DNA of 32,000 nucleotides from Candidatus Electronema halotolerans (GTDB taxonomy: Bacteria > Desulfobacterota > Desulfobulbia > Desulfobulbales > Desulfobulbaceae): NCBI GenBank assembly GCA_942493095.1, contig OW818675.1, forward strand, positions 2,310,001 through 2,342,000, written 5' to 3'. The notes under the pieces were generated by a model. That model saw only the letters and a list, made by a program, of their open reading frames with translations. It did not search any database and was not told the DNA's origin. The first letter of the stretch is position 1. Each line of letters starts with the position of its first letter. A program made the position numbers and the translations under genes. Shown in pieces: positions 25,256 to 32,000 of this stretch.

Positions 25256-25870
25256 ATGTATTCATTAAAAATGTCAAGTCTTTTAATCGTTAGTATATTA
25301 GTATGTTCGCTTATATTGCCTCAGAAATTATTTGGGCTATCATGTCCTCCTTGTACAGCGGAACAAAATGCTCTTCAACAGGCGAAAGATCGATTGCAAA
25401 GAGCAAAGGATGCCCTTAATCCTGCTGAAGAAAAAGTTCAAGATGCTGAAGATGTTTTGCGGTTTGCGTCAGCAGCGTTTCTTGCAGCTGAGGCAGCATG
25501 GTATGGTGCATGTGTTCGCGTCCCTACTTTTTGGGGTTGTGCAGGTGCAACGATGGCTTTGGGATTGGCTGCTGCTGCTCTTGATTATGCTAATTCAAAA
25601 TATCAACAAGCTGCTGCAGAACTACAGATTGCAAGAACAGAAGTGCAAATAGCTGTGTTGCTAGTTCAAAATGCTCTAAAAAAATTGCAGGCTTGTCAAG
25701 CAAGAGCAAATCCCGGCGAATGTAAGAAATGTGAGAATGGAACTATTCAGAACGACAATGGAGCACCTTGTGATGATGGTGACGAATGCACAAAAGACGA
25801 AGCGTGTATGGGTGGAGAATGCGGAGGAGGAAAACGAGTTAATAGCAGAGAAAACGATAACTGCCGGTAA
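25256..25870 (+). CDS. small secreted helical protein with a CPPC motif and a Cys-rich C-terminal module
   Basis: ORF 25220-25870. I prefer the ATG at 25256, preceded by AGGAG and lying 4 nt after the upstream stop. A signal-like segment MYSLKMSSLLIVSILVCSLILP is followed by CPPC. The C-terminus is CKKCENGTIQNDNGAPCDDGDECTKDEACMGGECGGG. The gene start is very AT-rich. Confidence 0.6.
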   Translation: MYSLKMSSLLIVSILVCSLILPQKLFGLSCPPCTAEQNALQQAKDRLQRAKDALNPAEEKVQDAEDVLRFASAAFLAAEAAWYGACVRVPTFWGCAGATMALGLAAAALDYANSKYQQAAAELQIARTEVQIAVLLVQNALKKLQACQARANPGECKKCENGTIQNDNGAPCDDGDECTKDEACMGGECGGGKRVNSRENDNCR

Positions 25871-25926
25871 CGAGTTTTGCTTCTCTGTCCGATTGATGCA
25901 GTCATCTTCACGGAATGGCGGCCATC

Positions 25927-25954
25927 GTAGGGGCGAAAAATCTTTCGCCCCTAC
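25927..25954. repeat. second copy of the REP-like palindrome (GTAGGGGCGAAAAATCTTTCGCCCCTAC); likely terminator
   Basis: It matches the element at 17895-17922 at 27 of 28 positions and sits 57 nt after the stop of the Cys-rich protein gene. Confidence 0.6.
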
Positions 25955-26047
25955 AAGGGGATTTGCAAACCGTTGGCAATTGATGACTTGTCTATGACAG
26001 GGTGCGTACCACGCAGTGCCATCATAGCGATGCAGCGGCAGAGAAAA

Positions 26048-26066
26048 GCATCTTTTTGATGCAGGG
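26048..26066. repeat. 19-bp direct repeat GCATCTTTTTGATGCAGGG (left copy) bracketing the TA cassette
   Basis: An identical 19-mer occurs at 26920-26938. Confidence 0.8.
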
Positions 26067-26088
26067 CACGCACAGAGGAGGGTATCCT

Positions 26089-26319
26089 TTATGCGATATC
26101 CTCCCGCTCCCGTCCGCTACGGACAATATCAATAATTTCCTTTGTTGAAACAGAAGCTTTTATTGAGGGGACATCCAGAGGGGAACAAGTGCTTTTTTCA
26201 GGAACTAAAGCATACGCCCGCCCGTCTTTCCTTCGGATGAGCACCTTTCCTGTATGTTGCGCCCGATCAAGAACAGCGGAGAGCTTCTGTCTGGCTTCCG
26301 AATAGGTGAAAACATCCAT
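26089..26319 (-). CDS. type II antitoxin, Phd/YefM-like
   Basis: 76 aa. MDVFTYSEARQKLSAVLDRAQHTGKVLIRRKDGRAYALVPE fits the Phd/YefM N-terminal fold pattern. The start is 1 nt after the PIN gene stop. Confidence 0.7.
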   Translation of the reverse strand: MDVFTYSEARQKLSAVLDRAQHTGKVLIRRKDGRAYALVPEKSTCSPLDVPSIKASVSTKEIIDIVRSGREREDIA

Positions 26320-26320
26320 C

Positions 26321-26719
26321 TTATACCTCCAGTATTGATATGTTAAGCTGTCGGGCCGTCTTCTTTAACTTTGCATCCAATGTCAGCAGCGGCGCTTTCA
26401 TTCTCAACGCACAATCCAAAAAATATGCATCGTATGCATACATGTTGCTCTGCTTGGATATGGAAACGGCATTTACAAAATCAGGCTCAATATAACGAAG
26501 AGGAATGCTTTGGAAAATTTCAAGTCCTTTCCTGGCTGCTTCAAGGGTCAGCCGGTTTCTTTTAAACATTGCTGAAAACGCATTCCCGATTTCCCAGGGA
26601 ATGGAACCGGGGCCGATAAGTGAATTTCCTTTTGTCAATTCAATAATCCTGATGCGTTCAGGCTCGTCTGTAATAACGGCGATCAATGCGCAAGTATCGA
26701 CTACGACATCCATCTTCAC
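26321..26719 (-). CDS. vapC: PIN-domain toxin (VapC family)
   Basis: 132 aa. The conserved acidic positions are present: VVVDTCALI (D8), PWEIGNA (E), AYDAYFLDCA (D) and LLTLDAKL (D). Confidence 0.85.
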   Translation of the reverse strand: MKMDVVVDTCALIAVITDEPERIRIIELTKGNSLIGPGSIPWEIGNAFSAMFKRNRLTLEAARKGLEIFQSIPLRYIEPDFVNAVSISKQSNMYAYDAYFLDCALRMKAPLLTLDAKLKKTARQLNISILEV

Positions 26720-26739
26720 TCCTGATGCATACTATTTTC

Positions 26740-26749
26740 TACAATTGTA
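26740..26749. promoter_or_regulatory. 10-bp perfect palindrome TACAATTGTA upstream of vapC; candidate TA operator
   Basis: It lies 21-30 nt upstream of the vapC ATG (26719) in an AT-rich stretch. TA operons are typically autoregulated through such palindromes. Confidence 0.3.
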
Positions 26750-26919
26750 CAATAAGAATGGCGTTACTGCAAGTGAAAATCTCGGTAGGCCGTTCCTCTC
26801 GTTCCCACGCTCCAACGTGGGAATGCTTCTCCTGTCCGGCAGCCCGAAAAGAGGTGACACGACTTCATCAAACCGAAGGAAACCAGAAACTTTTCAAGAG
26901 CCTTGCTTCGGGCCGCTGT

Positions 26920-26938
26920 GCATCTTTTTGATGCAGGG
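26920..26938. repeat. 19-bp direct repeat GCATCTTTTTGATGCAGGG (right copy)
   Basis: Identical to 26048-26066. It also forms the 5' arm of a local hairpin (GCATCTTTT...AAAAGATGC, 26920-26958). Confidence 0.8.
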
Positions 26939-27111
26939 GCATTCCGTGCAAAAGATGCTGACAGCACAACCTCCAAGATAACGGCGCAGCAAAAGCCGAA
27001 GTACAAAGAGCATCAACGATTGACAGACGGGACACATTGATGATACACTGGTCTTAAACTAGTCTATTTTATAGTCCAAGGAGACATCATGGAAACCGTC
27101 GGCACTTATAT

Positions 27112-27468
27112 ATAATTCCTCAGACCGTCTATGAGGAATTTTTTGCATCATGCACTGCTGCCGAAGAACAGCACTTTCAGGAGGCTGGCAAAGGTTTTAT
27201 CCAGATCGTCAAGGTTGAGCGGCTCCATCCGTTTTCGAGACGGTTTGACAAAGGAGAACGAGAGGTGCTCAGTCTGGCACTTCAGGAAAAGGCCAATTTC
27301 GTGATTCTTGATGACCGGAAAGCATTTAATGAAGCACGTGAGCTGCATCTTGCAGTTATTTCCACACGGACAGTGTTGACCTTCGCGGAGGAACGGCATC
27401 TTGTTCAAGATTATCGAGAGATTGAAGAAGAACTTCGAGCAAATCAGCTTCATCCTCCGAAATATTGA
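27112..27468 (+). pseudogene. N-terminally truncated DUF3368-type PIN-like toxin remnant
   Basis: The frame of ORF 27265-27468 extended upstream reads IIPQTVYEEF....FDKGEREVLSLALQEKANFVILDDRKAFNEARELHLAVISTRTVL. This matches the family pattern (iP.aV..Ev ... LdkGE...i.LA.e....lllDDrkaR..A..lgl.v.GT). There is no start codon before 27265, and about 30 N-terminal residues are missing. Confidence 0.5.
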
Positions 27469-27526
27469 AACACCCTTAAATATGACGCGCTGAACTGAAT
27501 GCCTTTGGAAATTTAGCATGTTGGAG

Positions 27527-29085
<1,559 letters not shown>

Positions 29086-29096
29086 TTGTTTTTCGT

Positions 29097-29125
29097 TTCA
29101 CATTCCGCGCAAAACCAGATAGTAT
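29097..29125 (+). promoter_or_regulatory. candidate sigma70 promoter for rpoZ
   Basis: TTCACA-17 nt-TAGTAT, about 50 nt upstream of the rpoZ ATG. Confidence 0.3.
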
Positions 29126-29174
29126 ATTTTTCAGGGTTCCTGAGCTGTGTTCAGACCCTGATGAGGAGATTGAC

Positions 29175-29456
29175 ATGGCCCGCATCACAGTGGAAGACTG
29201 TCTCGCCCAAGTCGGCGATGACAACCGTTTCGCCTTGGTTCACCTTGCGGTGGAGCGCATCCGCCAGCATCGGAACGGCGAGCCGTATTTGGTGGCTGGG
29301 AAGAACAAGGAAGTGGTCATGACCCTGCGCGAGATTGCCGCAGGCAAAGTGACTTTTGCCAATGTTAAGGAACTGGCTCATCGGCGCAAGTCGCAGGAGG
29401 AGTCAAAGGCAGGGGAACGGAAGGAAAGCAGAATTGAGGAGTCGGCGCAGGTCTGA
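29175..29456 (+). CDS. rpoZ: DNA-directed RNA polymerase subunit omega
   Basis: 93 aa. [31 protein letters not shown] is the canonical RpoZ N-terminus. Confidence 0.9.
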   Translation: MARITVEDCLAQVGDDNRFALVHLAVERIRQHRNGEPYLVAGKNKEVVMTLREIAAGKVTFANVKELAHRRKSQEESKAGERKESRIEESAQV

Positions 29457-29459
29457 GTT

Positions 29460-30581
29460 ATGAGCAGAGATTATTATGAAATCCTCGAAGTGCCGAGGAA
29501 CGCGGACGGGGATGTCATAAAAAAGGCCTACCGCAAGCAGGCCATGCAATATCACCCGGACCGCAATCCAGGCGACAAGGAGGCTGAGGCCAAATTCAAG
29601 GAGGCGGCAGAAGCCTACGAAGTGCTCAGTGATTCGCAGAAGCGGCAGATTTACGATGCCTACGGTCATGACGGCCTGAAGAACAGCGGCTATTCCGGCC
29701 CCGGCGACATGGGAGATATTTTCTCCCATATCAACGAAATGTTCGGCGGCATCTTCGGTTTCAGCGGCAGGGCGCAGCAGCGCAATCCCAATGCGCCGGC
29801 GCAGGGCAATGACCTGCGCTATGACTTGGAAATCTCCTTCATGGACGCGGCCCACGGCGTGGAAAAGGAGGTGGAGATTGAAAAACGGGAAACCTGCTTG
29901 ACCTGCGAGGGCAGCGGAGCCAGGCCGGGCAGTAGCCCGCAGACCTGCCCGACCTGCAAGGGCCGGGGGCAAGTGGTACGCTGGCAAGGTCCTTTTCAGG
30001 TCAGCTCCACTTGCCCGCACTGCCGGGGCGCAGGTCAGACCATTGCCGACCCCTGCGCTGACTGCAACGGCCAAGGGCTGGTGCGCAAGCGGAAAAAGGT
30101 GATGCTGAAAATCCCGGCTGGGGTTGACACTGGCTCGCGGATGCGCCTGACTGGTGAGGGCGAGGGAGGCCGCCGGGGCGGTCGTTCCGGTGATCTCTAT
30201 GTGATCATCCATGTCCGCGAGCACGAATATTTTCTCCGCGACGGTCAGACCGTCTTTCTCCGCTATCCGATCTCAATGGCCAAGGCCGCCTTGGGCTGTG
30301 AAGTGGATGTGCCCACAGTCAATGGCACGGCCAAGCTCAAGATCAAGGCAGGCACCCAGTCCGGCGACCGCTTCACCCTGCGCGGCGAGGGCATTGTCAG
30401 CCTCCGGGGCCGGACTCCGGGCGACATGATCGTGGAGGCGCAGGTCCAGACTCCGACCAATCTGACCACCAGGCAGAAAGAGCTGCTCCAAGAGTTTGAA
30501 GGCTTGAATGGCAAAGAGGAGGAAGGCTTTTTCTCCCGGATGCTGCATGGCTTCACAGGCCGGGAAAAGGAGCAGGGGTGA
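29460..30581 (+). CDS. dnaJ: molecular chaperone DnaJ (type I, with Zn-finger domain)
   Basis: 373 aa. The J domain is [36 protein letters not shown]. There are four CxxCxGxG repeats ([32 protein letters not shown]). Confidence 0.95.
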   Translation: MSRDYYEILEVPRNADGDVIKKAYRKQAMQYHPDRNPGDKEAEAKFKEAAEAYEVLSDSQKRQIYDAYGHDGLKNSGYSGPGDMGDIFSHINEMFGGIFGFSGRAQQRNPNAPAQGNDLRYDLEISFMDAAHGVEKEVEIEKRETCLTCEGSGARPGSSPQTCPTCKGRGQVVRWQGPFQVSSTCPHCRGAGQTIADPCADCNGQGLVRKRKKVMLKIPAGVDTGSRMRLTGEGEGGRRGGRSGDLYVIIHVREHEYFLRDGQTVFLRYPISMAKAALGCEVDVPTVNGTAKLKIKAGTQSGDRFTLRGEGIVSLRGRTPGDMIVEAQVQTPTNLTTRQKELLQEFEGLNGKEEEGFFSRMLHGFTGREKEQG

Positions 30582-31063
30582 CTGGCGAATTCAGCCACTT
30601 TGATGCTGCCGGGCAGGCGTGGATGGTGGATGTGGGCGCCAAGCCTGAGACCGGACGGCTGGCAGTCGCAGAAGGCCGGATCAGCATGATTCCGGCAGCC
30701 TACGAGCTGGTCAAGGCGGGCGGCATGAAAAAAGGCGACGTGCTTGGCGCAGCCCGGATCGCCGGGATCATGGCGGTCAAGCAGACCAGCAGCCTGATTC
30801 CCCTCTGTCATCCGCTGGCAGTCAGCGGGGCGGAAGTCAATTTTTCCTTTGATGACGCGAACTGCGCCATTGTGATTGAGGCTGCTGTCCGCATCACCGG
30901 CAGAACCGGAGTGGAGATGGAGGCTCTGACCGCAGTGTCGGTCGCGGCCCTCACCATTTACGACATGTGCAAGGCGGTCGATAAGGGCATGGAGATTTCC
31001 CAAATCCGCCTGCTGCGGAAAAGCGGCGGCAGAAGCGGCGATTTCCGCCGGGCGGCAGAATGA
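30578..31063 (+). CDS. moaC: cyclic pyranopterin monophosphate synthase MoaC
   Basis: 161 aa with a GTG start in a GTGA overlap with the dnaJ stop. [29 protein letters not shown] and [26 protein letters not shown] are MoaC signatures. Confidence 0.92.
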   Translation: MTGEFSHFDAAGQAWMVDVGAKPETGRLAVAEGRISMIPAAYELVKAGGMKKGDVLGAARIAGIMAVKQTSSLIPLCHPLAVSGAEVNFSFDDANCAIVIEAAVRITGRTGVEMEALTAVSVAALTIYDMCKAVDKGMEISQIRLLRKSGGRSGDFRRAAE

Positions 31064-31088
31064 GACCATAAACGAGCAAGGAAGGGTC

Positions 31089-31451
31089 ATGGACAGCGCG
31101 CAGTTGCAGAAATTCAGAGCATTGCTTGAGGATATGAAGCGGGAGATTGTCTCGGATGTTGAGCAGACCATCTCGGAAATGACTGGTCATCAGCTCAACA
31201 CCCCGGACATGGCTGACCGCGCCACGCTGGAGGAGGAGCGCAGCTTTGAGCTGCGCCTGCGCGGCAGGGAGCAGATGCTCTTGGACAAGATCAATCAGGC
31301 CATCGCCCGAATCGACAGCGGCACCTACGGCATCTGCGCCAAGTGTGAGGAGGAGATCGGCATCAAGCGGCTGGAGGCCAGGCCGGTGGCCACCTACTGC
31401 ATTGACTGCAAGATCATGCAGGAGCAGCAGGAAAAAAATATAGGAAGATAA
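31089..31451 (+). CDS. dksA: RNA polymerase-binding transcription factor DksA (DksA/TraR C4 zinc finger)
   Basis: 120 aa with a coiled-coil N-terminal part and CAKCEEEIGIKRLEARPVATYCIDC (CxxC-17-CxxC). Confidence 0.9.
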   Translation: MDSAQLQKFRALLEDMKREIVSDVEQTISEMTGHQLNTPDMADRATLEEERSFELRLRGREQMLLDKINQAIARIDSGTYGICAKCEEEIGIKRLEARPVATYCIDCKIMQEQQEKNIGR

Positions 31452-31455
31452 GAAC

Positions 31456-32000
31456 ATGCCTGAACTGCGCAAGGACCCCATTCTTGGCCGCTGGATCATC
31501 ATCGCCAAAGAGCGGAGCAAGCGGCCCTCAGACTTTGCTGTGGATGCCCATGAGTCGCAAGGCGGCTTCTGTCCGCTCTGCCCGGAACATGAACGGACCA
31601 CGCCGTCGGAGGTGCTGGTCTATGGCCGCAGCTACGGCATGCCGCCCAACTCGCCGGGCTGGAAGCTGCGGGTGGTGCCGAACAAGTATCCGGCCTTGGT
31701 CATTGAGGGCGAATTAGACAAGCAGGGCGACGGGCTGTATGACCGGATGCACGGCATTGGCGCGCATGAGGTGGTGGTGGAAAGCCCGGATCATGCGGCT
31801 CAGTTCCGTCGGCTGCCTCATGACCAGATGATCCTCACCTTCCGGGCCTTTCAGGAGCGGATCCGCGACTTGGCCAAGGACGAGCGCTTCACCTATGTCA
31901 TGGTTTTCAAAAACAATGGCAAGGCTGCCGGGGCCTCGCTGGAGCATTCCCATTCCCAGCTCGTCGCCCTGCCGGTCATGCCGAGAATGCTGGTCTCAGA
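31456..32000 (+). CDS. galT: galactose-1-phosphate uridylyltransferase family (GalT/HIT-like) protein; 3' end runs off the window
   Basis: Absent from the track because it leaves the window. My translation from the ATG at 31456 is MPELRKDPILGRWIIIAKERSKRPSDF..GGFCPLCPEHE..WKLRVVPNKYPAL..GAHEVVVESPDH..MVFKNNGKAAGASLEHSHSQLVALP. It contains the CxxC Zn motif and the HxHxQ active site. Confidence 0.8.
   Translation, partial: MPELRKDPILGRWIIIAKERSKRPSDFAVDAHESQGGFCPLCPEHERTTPSEVLVYGRSYGMPPNSPGWKLRVVPNKYPALVIEGELDKQGDGLYDRMHGIGAHEVVVESPDHAAQFRRLPHDQMILTFRAFQERIRDLAKDERFTYVMVFKNNGKAAGASLEHSHSQLVALPVMPRMLVS

Noticed and set aside
25256-25345. Lipoprotein signal (lipobox) in the Cys-rich protein
   Set aside because: The sequence before the first Cys is F-G-L-S-C, which does not fit the canonical L-[AS]-[GA]-C lipobox. 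I call it only signal-peptide-like.

Overview
Chromosomal window of about 32 kb from a fairly GC-rich Gram-negative bacterium. The protein sequences look Desulfobacterota/deltaproteobacterium-like, but that is low-confidence inference. Most of the window is housekeeping. A long minus-strand run carries rng, an M23 peptidase, an LptF/G-family permease, a flippase-like membrane protein, a GT9 glycosyltransferase, hemerythrin and gyrA. A plus-strand run at the 3' end carries purA, rpoZ, dnaJ, moaC, dksA and galT (partial). The left end holds an envelope-type cluster: a partial epimerase/dehydratase, a membrane SpeE-like protein and a large polytopic membrane protein. Several accessory segments sit between these blocks. 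(1) 17919-20213 (-): a tightly coupled three-gene cassette of a small helical protein, a vWA/MIDAS protein and a divergent short adenylosuccinate-synthetase-like ligase, although a canonical purA lies in the same window. This is my best candidate for an undescribed system. (2) 5333-7263 (-): a small membrane protein and a coiled-coil/TPR protein that share a duplicated QTN..GGDN[IV]GRDK motif. Seven tandem 23-bp units, each holding a 7-4-7 palindrome (7389-7549), lie upstream. (3) 20742-23748 (+): an O-antigen-ligase/TPR gene split into two coupled ORFs by a 99-bp MITE-like element with 16-bp perfect terminal inverted repeats and a TTGA target duplication. (4) ~23.76-27.7 kb: a lower-GC island with a secreted multi-domain CarboxypepD_reg-like protein, a Cys-rich secreted protein, a reverse-order PIN/Phd toxin-antitoxin pair bracketed by 19-bp direct repeats, and two eroded TA remnants. 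I recognised no rRNA, tRNA or CRISPR array. All calls come from reading the sequence and ORF translations; no database search was possible.
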